The notes under the pieces are model-generated. The model was not told where the DNA came from, did not search any database, and saw only the letters and a program-made list of their open reading frames with translations. DNA of 62,796 nt, the filler included, from Welwitschia mirabilis (taxonomy: Eukaryota), in assembly GCA_051453625.1 (NCBI GenBank). It is 5 parts of one record of this genome, joined end to end, with 100 filler letters (N's around TTAATTAATTAA, not from the genome) between each part and the next. Parts side by side here need not be neighbours in the genome. Positions count along the whole stretch, not along the records: positions 1 to 10,432 come from JBOZIK010000001.1; positions 10,533 to 30,634 come from JBOZIK010000001.1; 3 more parts are not named here. One strand, given 5' to 3'. A program made the translations under genes and the position numbers. Below, piece after piece: positions 1-11,800 of the stretch (positions are counted from its first letter, which is position 1; each line of letters starts with the position of its first letter).

Positions 1-233
1 TTTTTTTTTTTTTTTTTTTTTTTTTGCTATCATTTGGTGGCTTTTTTTGAAGGATGTTTGGAATTTGTTGCCTCTGTTTTGAGATGCAGAAGAAAGTTCT
101 GTTTCTGCTACCTATATGGCCAATTTTTAGGGGTAGTACCTTGAGGCTAGAGATTTGAAGCGGTTAGTTTTGTTCATTGCGAGTGATTCTTGATTTAGGA
201 ATAGTACTCTGAATTGTCTGGGTGTCGGTGCAG

Positions 234-2189
234 GCGATGAAGACTTCAGAGGGGTTCACTTTACTGGTTACATGGATCCAAGCGTTTATCTATCATTTTT
301 GCCTCGCATGGAGGTATTATGCCTTCCCCGGAAAAGGCTACGCAGTAATCTTCCATCAACTCTGTGGGAACCAAAGCCAAAACAGCAGAAGAGTTCGCTC
401 AGTCTTGACATGCTACCAGAGGAATGCCTCTTTGAAATATTTAAGAGAGTGCCGGGAGGACGAGACCGTAGCAGCTGTGCCTGCGTTTCCAAGCGTTGGC
501 TTACGCTCCAGAGCACCATGCGAAGAACCGATTTCAAAGTGCCCGAGAACCAAGTTTCACGACCTCATGGCAAAAATGGCTTCCAAGCCGTTTCTGTGAT
601 AAATGGGGATTCAGATGGGATGGAGCTGGATGACACCCTGGCCGGAGAAGAGCAGGACAGTACATTTGGTGACTTGTCCAGGTGCTTGGAAGGCAAAAAG
701 GCTACGGATGTTAGGCTTGCTGCAATCTCCGTTGGAATGGGCAACCGTTGGGGACTGGGTAAACTTAAAATAAGAGGAAACAATCCAGTTAGAGGGGTAA
801 CTGACGAAGGACTTGCTGCTGTCGGTAATGGCTGCCCAGCACTGAGAGAGCTGTCTCTGTGGGACTGTCCGTTGATTGGTGACAAGGGCCTTGTTGCCAT
901 TGCCAAGGGCTGTCCTCTCTTGGAAAAACTTGATTTGCTTAATTGCCCATTGGTTACGGATGCTGCTCTTGAGGCTGTTGCGGAGAACTGCCCCAAATTA
1001 TCATTACTTAATCTAGAAAGCTGTCCATTAATAGGCAACAAGTCTCTGTCAGCGGTTGCCCAGTGCTGTGAGGTGAAAGTTCTGTCTGTCACCAATTGTA
1101 TGCTGGTTTCTGATGAGGGGATCCTGCCTTTTGCTTCATCTAATATCACAAAATTGAAGTTGCAGGGATTAGGGGTTACTGACCTCTCCCTGGAAGCAAT
1201 CGGTAGATCTTGCACAGATCTAATGGAATTAGTACTTACGAACCTTCAGAATTTGTCACAGCAGGGTTTCCAAAAACTAGGCAGGGCTGGAATGATGCAG
1301 AAGCTTAAGGTTTTCTCTATNNNNNNNNNNAGGATTGACAGATCTCAGCTTGGGTTCCATCGGTCAAGGTTGCCCCGGTTTGAAGCAAGCATCATTCCAT
1401 AAATGTGACATCTCTGACCAGGGATTGAAGGCTTTTACCAAACTGGCAATCTCTCTTGAAAACCTTCTTCTGGATGAATGTAACATGATTAGTTTGACAG
1501 GTTTGGTTGATGGTATTGGAAACAGCGCTGGGAAGCTCAAGGTGCTGACAATTGTGAAATGCTTTAATATCAGAGAGGGCGAATTGAAGGCGCCGGTAGG
1601 CACTTCTGTCACGGAAAGTCTTAAGTGCCTTAACGTTCGAAACTGTCCAGCTTTCGGAAATGGATGCCTGGCATTGTTGGGAGCGGTATGCCCTCAAGTA
1701 CACTCGGTCGATCTCAGTGGCCTTACGAAAATTTCTGATGATGGCCTGTTGACATTTTTGGGAGGCATCAAGACAAGCTTGGTAAAACTCAATTTGAGTA
1801 GTTGCGTTGAGGTTACTGACAGAGTGGTGTTTGTGATAGCCAATCTATTTGGGCCAACCCTTCAGTGCTTGAATTTGGAAGGTTGCAGGAAACTGACCGA
1901 TCAGAGTCTGAAATTTATTGCAAATTGTTGCCCAGTTTTGCAAGAGCTGGACATATCGAAAAGCAGCATCACGGACCATGGACTTCTTTATTTAGCAATG
2001 ACAAAGAATCACAACCTACAGGTTCTCTCACTTGCTGGCTGCTCGTACTTAACGGACAATTCTGTGCCTTTCATTGCAAAGATGAGTGACGGTTTGCATG
2101 GATTGAATCTACAGCATTGCAGAGGCATCAGCAGCAAGGTCCTTGACTCACTGTTGGGTAGTCTATGGAGGTGTGACATTCTAGCATGA
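234..2189 (+). CDS. EBF1: EIN3-binding F-box/LRR protein (EBF1/EBF2-like), main (second) coding exon; short exon 1 lies upstream of the window
   Basis: Acceptor TGCAG|GC at 233/234 gives (G)DEDFRGVHF... in frame with ORF 272. It contains the F-box LDMLPEECLFEIFKRV...CACVSKRWL, the EBF signature LSRCLEGKKATDVRLAAI, Cys-containing LRRs and the C-terminus LWRCDILA*. ORFs 272-1402 and 1335-2189 join across the 10-N gap at 1321-1330. Confidence 0.93.
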
Positions 2190-2760
2190 TAGGCCATCTA
2201 CGTCTTGGAAATTATTTATTATAGTATTTCCAAGAGTGCCCCTGGATAATACTAGTTATTGGTAGTACGTAAGGTATTCATATCGTAGGTTATCTTCTAG
2301 TATAGCATAGTTTGAAGAGTAGAAGTAATTCGTATCATCTTTGTTTCGTCTGTTGTTTTTGGGTCCATGAGCAGGATGATGCCATGGACTTTCTGCTTGC
2401 TTTCGTTTTTCAAGAGTAGCCGTTTTTGCAGGGTGTGCTCTCTGACGAGTCATTCTGTTATAGTTGGTCTCCAGTGGAAAACCTGCATCATGTTGAAATC
2501 CCTGGAAACCTTGGCTACCTCTTGTGCTTGGTTAACGTTTAGCTGGTCCATTCTCACCATGTTTTTCACTTACAGTGGTTTTTTTATAGGGTCCTGGTTT
2601 TCTTCCTCTCTACAGAGAGGAGGTTTGATTCGTTAACCAGGACTCATATTGGCCATACAGTGTGTGTGCTTGCCATAGTAGTTGTAATCATCTGAATATA
2701 ATGAATGAATGAATTATTGTGAATCCTGGTTTGTCTGGTTATGTTTGCTTTTTTCAGTGC
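2190..2760 (+). promoter_or_regulatory. EBF 3' UTR with multiple poly-U tracts (candidate EIN2-dependent translational repression elements)
   Basis: T5-T7 tracts at ~2356, 2406, 2424, 2563, 2579 and 2748, some flanked by short stems (CTTG 2396-2399 / CAAG 2411-2414). Poly-U loops in EBF 3' UTRs are known in angiosperms. The 3' end of the UTR is estimated. Confidence 0.55.
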
Positions 2761-5700
2761 CCTTTGAATGCTGTTACCAGAATTGAATGGAGAACGGACA
2801 GAGAATAAGAGTCTTTTGCGTGGACTAATTCAGTTTCTGTGAAGAAATAGACTTTGAAATGATTGCTATGTATTTTTTTTCTAAGGCAGGAAATAATTAT
2901 TTGAAATTTGAATAATGACCACATGATTTAAGCAAATTGTAGATTGTGTGAAAGTTAAAAGCTGATGACATATTTGATAATCAAATAATCACTCTCTTTA
3001 TGAGTGGGCGAGGAATGAAGCTTGAATTAGGTACTCCAGTTACGAATATAAGACATTGGACGATCACAATCCGGTTTAGGATCTGTTCATGATAGTTGAC
3101 CAAAGACCAACGAAAGAGAGTCCATTATTACCTATAAAAGAAGGAGAAGGCTTTTAAAAAGTCTCTCGAACACTTTATGAATACACGTCTCTCACGTCGA
3201 TAATTGAAGGCCCGCCTTATGCTCAGTTTTTTAGCTTCCTCTCTTGGAAATTAACGACCCGTCTCACCCGCATTGTCTATTCACAGGACCCTAGTGGAAC
3301 TGCACCACCAGCTCGGCAAGGGTCGTCATCTAGAGGACTCCAATTTGCCATGAAATGTCAGAAGAGGAGCGTGAAAGAAGCGAAGCTAAGATACGCTGCT
3401 GATCTCTTTCAAGAAGTTTGCTACCTGCACTCCTATCTTATTTAGTGATATCCCTAGCACACCTTTTATAATGATGAGCTGAATGCGTGATGGTCGCCCT
3501 TCCCGTACGACCAGGCGCTACTCTAGCCTTGACCACATTATAAAAATTTTACGCATTCTGGTCAGAACTGGTGCTCTAGAATGTTAAAGCTCTGTATTTC
3601 TGGTTCTATTACAAAATTGCAGTTGGTCCTGTTTGGAGATGAAAACAATAACAAGGTATTAATTTATGGAGTAATAATAGTTAGAAATTCAATCATGCCC
3701 AGAAAAGCTCAGTTTAGAAATGTTGAATAAGCCATGTCTCTAAGGTTTATGATGCACAAAGGCCTTGAAGATTTAGTGAAAAGGAGTAATATACAAAGAA
3801 TGTTATTCAAAAACCTCATTCACAAAGTTCCAAGTAACTTTGGATAAGTTCAAAATAAACCGTTAAATAACCTTGGACTAAGTTTGAAATACATTAATTA
3901 GATCAAGTTTTGTAATGTTCCATTTTCTTTGAATATGCTCAGTTTTGGACATTGCAGAGAAACATGATATTTATTGTCGATTAAATTTTGATTATGATTA
4001 TCGAGGTGGCAAGTCCTATCTCCCTGTGCCAGGTTAAGCCACCTATTTGTTTTTACTCTAAAAGGATCAGAACCCATTCTTGACTTGCCAATTTGAATTT
4101 GCAAGTGATGGAGAATTGCAACAGTTAAACAACAGTTAAACAGACTACGTTTGTCGTGATGCTTCCTCATTGCAAGTGTTATTTGGGACTCTTGTTTTGG
4201 GACTCTTCAGAAGTATTTTTCATTGGAACAAGGGACGTAATATTAGTAACGAAATTAACAGTTGGTGATTATTTGTTATATGGCTTACCTTAATTGTAAC
4301 TCTAATGTAGTGGGTTATGTTGATTTTATTATTTGGCTTGTTAACAAGATCAAAGGCTATGTTTCGCAATTCAGCATATCAGATTCATAGGTCTTCCGCT
4401 TGAATCGTGTCTGCTCTGTAACCCTGCTTTTTGTCTTTTAGGATTTATTGTTGTCTTTTTAGAATCTCTTTATTGCTGTGCCTTTTCCAGAATATCTGAT
4501 CTTTTAGGATTTACTGTTGTCCTTTTAGAATTTGCTTATTCCTTTGTCTTTTCCTCTTTTCAACATCTCTACACCAATGTAGTCGTCAATTTGGTTCTTC
4601 GATAACAAGGTATTAGTAAATTGCTGCTAGCAAAAGCAGCTACCCTTTTTGCATCTGTTCTTTTACTCAACAATGAAATAACAGTTTTGATTTTAGAAGG
4701 TAAGCTGATGCAAGCCTAAGTGGACTCGCAATGATTAGGAAACTAACACACTTGTAGATTTAATGTACTATAGATTTTTAAAACAAGATTAAGGCCTCCA
4801 AAATTACTTTCATAGAGTATTACATAAAGCATTAATTCAAGAAGTGGCCAAGCAATTCTAGACAAAGCTATGAGATGAAAAGAGTTACCAAGGCTTTAAA
4901 GAAACAGTGTTTGTCTAAGACCTTGTTTTAATGACTACTCCTGCAAATTTTAGCCACAAAAGGTAGTTGTTTAAATAAAGTAATGATGATAGCTTTCCAA
5001 AACAAAATACCCAACACTTTTTGTGCAAGCCTAAGCGAGTGCTTTAGTGTTGTTCCCTTGAGTTGCCTTTCATTTTTTTTTCCCTAACTAATAAATAACC
5101 AGACCTCAGCCATAAATGTTTTGCCTTTTCAATTATAGGCCCCACACATTACAAGTTTACAACAAAATCAAAACACAATATTATCAAAATCAATATGATG
5201 CACAATCACCTTTTCCCAAAGGAGATCATTACTTTGAATCATGCCTTGAAACTATAAATATAAGTAATACATATAATGAAAACTGAACAAACTTCTAAAT
5301 TAGGTATGCACCACCTCTTAAGGTTATGGGCCCATGTCTTGGATTATCCTTTTTTGTTTGGTCATTTGCTTAAGCTAATGCTTCTTGTTACCTATTATCT
5401 TAACTTTACCAATATTCATTTCCTTGTAGCCACCTTACTTGGCATATTCGTTTGGATAATTGTTTACCTTGTTTCCTTTATTATAAAATAATAATGTATT
5501 TATCCTTCTATCTTACAAGCTTTATCCTTTCATTGTACTAATCTCTTTTATGCATTTTTCTTGTAGCCTACTTCTCTACTTGGCTGGCTTCTCTAGCTAT
5601 GTGTTAAAGAGGACCTTTTTGCCTTTTGCATTGATATGAGTTCTCCAAAAAAGCTCGCATTAAGTTTTATAACTTTTTGAATTCTTCCAACCCAAGTTGA

Positions 5701-7791
5701 TTTTTGAGCCTATTGCTTCTCTTTCTTATACATTGACATACTTCTTGCTCAAAAGTTGTTTTGTTTTATTTTTAACTAGTTCTTATTAACAATTCATTAG
5801 TATGGTAACTCATAATCATATGAAAATCAACATATCACTATTATAAAGATCAAATAAGTAGAAATAAGGAGTCAAAAGAGGCAAACCTTATATCTTAACA
5901 CAGTGTAAGTTAATCTGGGTACCTTTTAATTCGTCTCTAGCTTAAATCTAACATGATAGAGCTTTTAGGATAAGGATTGCAACATTTGAAAAGTATGCTT
6001 TTAGTATGAATGAGTATGCTTCCTTCAAATCAAAGAAAACATTTTAGGCCATGATCAAATGAAAGAAAGATCAAATGAAAACCTATTATGGGGACTAGAC
6101 TCCTTAGATACTATCCAAAAACAAGTTATATCATAGTGACGAAATTGCATACACCATTCATTCACTCAAGAGAGATCTTATGACTTAACAGCTACATGTT
6201 ATGTCATCCAACTTAATTGAGCACACCCATTTTGTAAGGGCAAGACATTAAATTGGAGAACTAGTTTTATCAAACCAAAATTTAAGGGCTTCCATACTAG
6301 TTATTGTCATGGATGTAACCAAATGAGGGCTAACTAGTTATAGTTAAGAGGGAACCTTGGTCGAAACATCTATCAACAATGCTTACTTAAGATCATAGGA
6401 TTTATTAACTTAAAATTTTGTGTTTCCCAATATTTTAGAAAATGATATTATCTAATACTCTTGTTATCTTTCATTATTAACAACATTTATTTTGGTTTTC
6501 AAGATTGGTAGAGAAAAAAGTAATGTTGGAGTTTAGTAAATTCTTTTAACTTGTTGAACAATTAGTTAATAGAACTTGTGGTATCTCTATAGTTCTATTG
6601 TTGATGATAGTTCCATAGCCACTTTAATTACAGAGACTTCCCATTCCATCTTAGGATTCATCTTATTAGAAGCAAATGGGGAAGGAGCTTCTTCGTGCAT
6701 TGCAAAATAAAGAGTAGCTAACCCTTCTCATTTGGTCAGCTATTGCCATCTTGAGATACTTGTTGACGATTATAGTTGGGGGAGCCTTAGGGCTTCATTA
6801 TTCAGTGGGTGTTACTAGCTGTAACTTAGGCAATGTTCATTAAAAACAACCTAAACAATGTCAAATAAGCATCAAAAGGGGCAAATTCCATTGAAGATGT
6901 GACACCCTTAACCTAGTAAGACCTTTTTCTATTTCCTTTTTCATCTGTCTTTGCCTTAAGTTGTATACAACATTTGGAAGCTTCATTGCAAACTTACATT
7001 TCATCATTGTTAGCCCAATTTTCAGACTCTATGGCAGATAAATATGATATTTTACACAATGTAGCTTTTCAATTTTAGATTTAATCTAAAAAAATTCACA
7101 ACAATGGGAAGTAATTAGTATGGTTTTTGTAAGAGTGACTTCAACATTAAAATTTTGGTTTTAGGGTGTAAGGGTTGGGGGTGTTGATGTTAGACTTCCA
7201 AAAACATTTGATTAAAGTATCCAAAAATAACAAGTGCTAACAAAAGCAGTACTCAAGTCCACCATCAGAGAAAAGAATTAAAGACTTAGGCCAAATCAAA
7301 TAATGATAGTTTGAAAGACAAACATAAAGAAAACATATATAGAGACTATAAACACCTATTCTTCAATGTTTTGTAGATTAGAACAATGCTCAATCAGTTG
7401 CATTAGATAGTTTACTTTCAACAAGACCTGAACATGCCATAAGATATGAACTTTTTTAATTGTGATTTTGTTTCTTATATTTCTCTTTGCTCTTGGTACA
7501 TTGTTGCACTTAGATCATTTTTTGTTAACATAATGGTCAATTTATTTATGAATTCACTTATATGTAGTAATACTTTTTGCTTTTAATAAAATAATTTTTG
7601 AGGGTCTGATGTCCTTTTTATACTGACAACTACTTAAGAGCTTAGAACTTTATTTTATTTTTTAAACTAACTTTTACTATATAATTCTAATCTTCAGAAC
7701 TTCTCATCTAAAATGTTAACATAATCATAAACCGAATCACAAATCACTCCCCCCGTTTTCCCTTTTGACACGTTGATAGCACTATCCTTTT

Positions 7792-8500
7792 TACCAAAAA
7801 TTTCTGAGAATTTATTACTAAAATCGATTTGAAATATGAACAAATTGAGATATAAACAAATGAAAGAATTTGGGTAGACTCATGCAGTGCATCTGCTGCC
7901 TTCAAAGAAAGAAGGGCCTCAAAAAAGAAATCTAGTCTAATTTAGAAAGAAGCCCTTGATTCTAAGGGATCCTTCCTTCCATTTCTCTTTTAGAGAGGTC
8001 AATTTCCTCATAGAATGCGATGACACAAGCAACGTTTGCGCCATGTTACATGCCCAAAAAAGAACATTGCTCAAGGGTACCAGTTAACATCCATTCAGAT
8101 GATAATAATACCTAATGAATTGGATGAAACTACCAACTTTTCATCAAAAATTTCTGAGAACCTAAATTAATTTAAAATATAAATAAATTAAGATATAAAA
8201 GACAAAAGACAAAAATATGGGCGTGACAATTTAATTCTATAGAGCCACAGCATTCTTCATGCGCTTTTTAAGGAAAAAAAGAGCCTTAAAAAGAAATCCA
8301 CTCTAATTTAAAAAGAAAGTCCTTGATTAAGGGGATCTTTTTTTACATTTCTATTTTAGAAAGGTCAATTTCCTTACAAAATGCGACGACACAAACGACC
8401 TTTATGCCACGTCACATGCCAAAAAAATAACAGTTCCCGAGCGTGCCGCTTAACAGCCATTCAGGTGGTCTAAGAAATTGAATGAATCAACCATCACATT
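7792..8500. repeat. Diverged ~350 bp tandem duplication upstream of the GT31 gene (units ~7792-8140 and ~8141-8500)
   Basis: Both units share CAAAAATTTCTGAGAA, AAAAAGAAATC..TCTAATTTA, GGTCAATTTCCT, AATGCGAYGACACAA and ACATGCC.AAAAAA, and end in TTAACA.CCATTCAG. Confidence 0.85.
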
Positions 8501-8559
8501 TCATTTCTGGCTGGCGCCATCAAACGCCTTTCAACTCCTCTCTGTTCTTGGATTATAAG
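8407..8559 (+). promoter_or_regulatory. Putative GT31 proximal promoter: CCACGTCA bZIP-type element (8407-8414) and TATA-like TATAAG (8554-8559)
   Basis: The motifs lie ~200-350 bp upstream of the ATG in a CpG-retaining region and are followed by a GA/CT-rich leader. Confidence 0.4.
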
Positions 8560-8647
8560 AGAGATTAATACTCATGACCCGAAGAAAGAGACGAGAGAAG
8601 AGATCATCTCAATCTCTTTCTCTTAGATTTCATTCCAGTTCTCTTGA

Positions 8648-8755
8648 ATGTCCTCTTCCCAGGCTTTAAAAACAGAAAACGGAACTTCTCGTTGTTTCGG
8701 CACCGAAAACATTTACATTTGCTGTAAGCGTCGTCGGTTTGCTCCGATTAAATAA
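8648..8755 (+). other. Candidate upstream ORF (35 aa, MSSSQALKTENGTSRCFGTENIYICCKRRRFAPIK) in the GT31 5' leader
   Basis: Open frame from ATG 8648 to TAA 8753-8755, ending 2 nt before the main ATG at 8758. Confidence 0.4.
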
Positions 8756-8757
8756 GA

Positions 8758-8879
8758 ATGGTTTGGGAGACTCGCTGTCACGTAAAAGGAGGTGCAGCTG
8801 CCGCAGCATCCACTTCTTCCGGATGGCTTTATCTCACCTGCATTGCAAGCTTTTGCCTCGGCATCCTCCTTACTAATAG
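8758..8879 (+). CDS. B3GALT: GT31 exon 1 ([12 protein letters not shown]...[14 protein letters not shown])
   Basis: ATG, TM anchor and donor AG|GTAAG; phase 2 matches exon 2. Confidence 0.88.
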
Positions 8880-11800
8880 GTAAGGTCAGCTTTGCTTGGT
8901 TCCAATGTTGTTTCCCTTCATTTCCATGTGCCACATTTCTGCTTGAACCTCTGATAAAAACTTTTCAACGGAGGTATATCTGGGCATTGATTTTTCTTCG
9001 TTTGAACATAAAATGTTATTAGCACATAAATCTGGTTCTCTTTTAACGATCCTATCAGCCTTACATTGATTTATAATCAATGATTACAGATATACCTAAT
9101 AATGACGTTATTATATGAGCCGGTACAATCGATATCTGATATAGCACAGAAACTAGCGTATCCTTTGAACAAACCTGTACAGCATTGGATACTGTTTGAT
9201 TTAGTACTTGTTATGTGCATGTTTCGTGTTGCTGAAGACGAATATTATCTCTTTCAACTTGCTATGAACAGATAGCATAAAGGTTGACATCGAACGTCAC
9301 AAATGATAATTTAGTCGATTTATTTTAAGATTCACCTGTAACTTTATAGATGAAATCTTTCAGTGCCATCTTTAATGCTTCTATGCAATAGATCGTTCAA
9401 GCCTCTATGAACAGAGCCTTAAGGTCTCTATCAGTTTTAGATTCATGTATATGCATTTCAAATAGTTTAATGATTGCAGGAATGCTTAAAATCTGCATGA
9501 CCACCACTTCCAAGTTACTATGCCTTTAAGGTCTTACTGATCTGGCAGATCATACAATTTTCATTATTTCGTTAACGGAATAAATTTATTTACAGCATAT
9601 TTTATTAGTTGTATTTTTCTACTTATGTATGTAAGAAAATAGGAAAGTCCAAGACTCTTTATCCTTCTTTGGAAGTACCCAAGAGAAGTCTTTTTTTTTT
9701 TTTCTTTTTTGGTTTTTAAAAATCTGTGTCCCAATGGAGCAACTTATGTTATTGTCAGCAGGTCATTATCTTAGAATTCCTAATTTTCTGTGAAAATTGT
9801 TCTAAAATTCACTTCTTGAGAATCAGACTCAATCTTGATTTGTACTAAAAGACGCTTGTCACAGAATGCAAACAAATAGGCTCTTCATGAAAGTGATGTG
9901 AAACAAGTATAACTAGCATTGATGTCCTTTTATTAATGATATAAATGCTTAACTCAATTGTAATAATTCATCTGTTATGAAATTTGAAAAAGCAAACAAT
10001 ATTAATTTCATAAAGAGTTGCACAATTTTCTCATCATTCTGCCACATCTAGAGCCTCATACTAAATTGTTAGTAACTCTTCTCATTAAGTCGTTATGCTT
10101 GTCACCATTAATAATAAGTCAATCATATTATATGTGAAGCTAATTTGCCCTTATGGCCTTGTTTTTGCCTCTGTTGTATTTCTAATATTTGATACTCTAA
10201 TCAAAATATTTGATTTCTATATGTAAGCTCTTATAGTGCCCTATGTTGAGGAGACCTTTATCTTAATGTTTTAAAGTAAAAGGAAGGTTTAAAATCTTCT
10301 TGTATTTTTAGGGTTGTAGGATGTTAAGGTGTTCAAATGTGTAAGGCTGATGATCAACTTACAATGCTTTTCAAATCCTTCTTAAAGAAAACATAATAAA
10401 TTTAGCAAAGAAGGAACATAAACTTCTTTATCNNNNNNNNNNNNNNNNNNNNNNNNNNNNNNNNNNNNNNNNNNNNTTAATTAATTAANNNNNNNNNNNN
10501 NNNNNNNNNNNNNNNNNNNNNNNNNNNNNNNNAACATAACCGTCTTTATCAATTGAAATGAGGTTGTGGATTCATGCATTGTCTGAAGATTTGCAAGAAT
10601 ATATTTGTGGATTCTCTTCAGCTTTGGAGGATCCCTGGATGATTGGGGAAGATGATGGATTAGGAATTTGTTTGTGTTTCTAGACATGCCTTGGATTATG
10701 GCAAGGATGTTTGAGAGTTTAGATGACAGATTAATGAGCAAAATAGCCTTAGATTTTAAAAATGGGGTTTAGGGGGGTATTTAGAGAATATTTTTGGGCT
10801 TTTAAGGGGACCTAGTATAATAGTATAAATTTTTTAAACCATATAGACACAAACAAACAAACAAGAAGGGGAAAAAAGGGAGGAAGAGGAAGAGAAGGAG
10901 GAAGATGTAAAAGAAGAAGAAGCAAAAGAGGGAAAAGGGAGAAGGGGAAGAAAGAGAAAAAACCTACGTAGGGGCTTAGGGAGGATAAACCTAGGTTTGA
11001 CTTTAATAATAATGCAAATTTCTTTATCATCATGAATCCAAGGACACAGGTTGTCCTTCAATGGCAAAGTCCAATCAACCCATGCACATGTGTTTTCATC
11101 AATACATACTTCTTGTTTTATTTGTTTACATTAGGGTTAGAATCCTTACCTTATTTGGGTGAGCTCATTTATCTATTATAAGGGATCGACCCTCGTAAAA
11201 TAATTATAATAGTACTATTAATTATAATAGTACAATCTGGTATACAATACTATTTAATGCCTAACACAATTCAAAATGTGACAAGTGGCCCTCATTAGGG
11301 TTTTAAGGGCATTTGGATGTCGAAACCTAAGTTACAAGGCCATTTTAAATCCAATAGGGGTTGAATGGCCTACTTAGAAAGGTTGGATGCTTCGTGGGAG
11401 GAGAATGGCTAAGTAATGCGATTCTGATGGTTTTTAATCAAATGAGAGATTTCCTGGACTAGATGGAATTTGATAGGGAGATAAAAAGAGGTGTGGTTGC
11501 CAAGATGTGCCTTACAATGCCATATTATTAGATACATCAAATTTTGATCTTATAATATGAAACCTCATGCTTTGGTTTGAGGGGTTCAAACTTATTTTCT
11601 AAAGATGCATTGTGCTATTTGATTTGCCTTGTACTATTCTACTTGAAGCTATTTATCTAGAGCTTTGCTATTGCTTCTTATGGATATTTCTCTTTCCCTT
11701 GGGTGATTTTACTGCAAAAATCTTGTGCATGTTTGTTGTTGTTTTACTTTTGTTTGATGGTTGCATTGTTGTTTTCTTAACAAATGGTATTGGAACCTCA

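Noticed and set aside
222..2197. Overlapping and antisense ORFs within EBF (e.g. 565-1215 minus, 216 aa)
   Set aside because: Shadow frames of a GC-richer coding exon with no recognisable motifs.
2367..2636. 89 aa ORF after EBF
   Set aside because: It lies in the U-rich 3' UTR, and its Phe/Leu bias is explained by composition.
3075..3380. U3 snoRNA-like words (AGGATCTGTTC, GAGCGTGA)
   Set aside because: The spacing is too long for U3, and there is no USE/TATA promoter or other boxes.
4700..7250. Possible hAT BED-finger or other TE remnant on the minus strand
   Set aside because: Only a vague Cys/His pattern near 5120-5190, too degraded to support.
8574..8669. Second uORF (MTRRKRREK...)
   Set aside because: Its ATG is only ~15 nt after the putative TATA box and so is probably upstream of the TSS.
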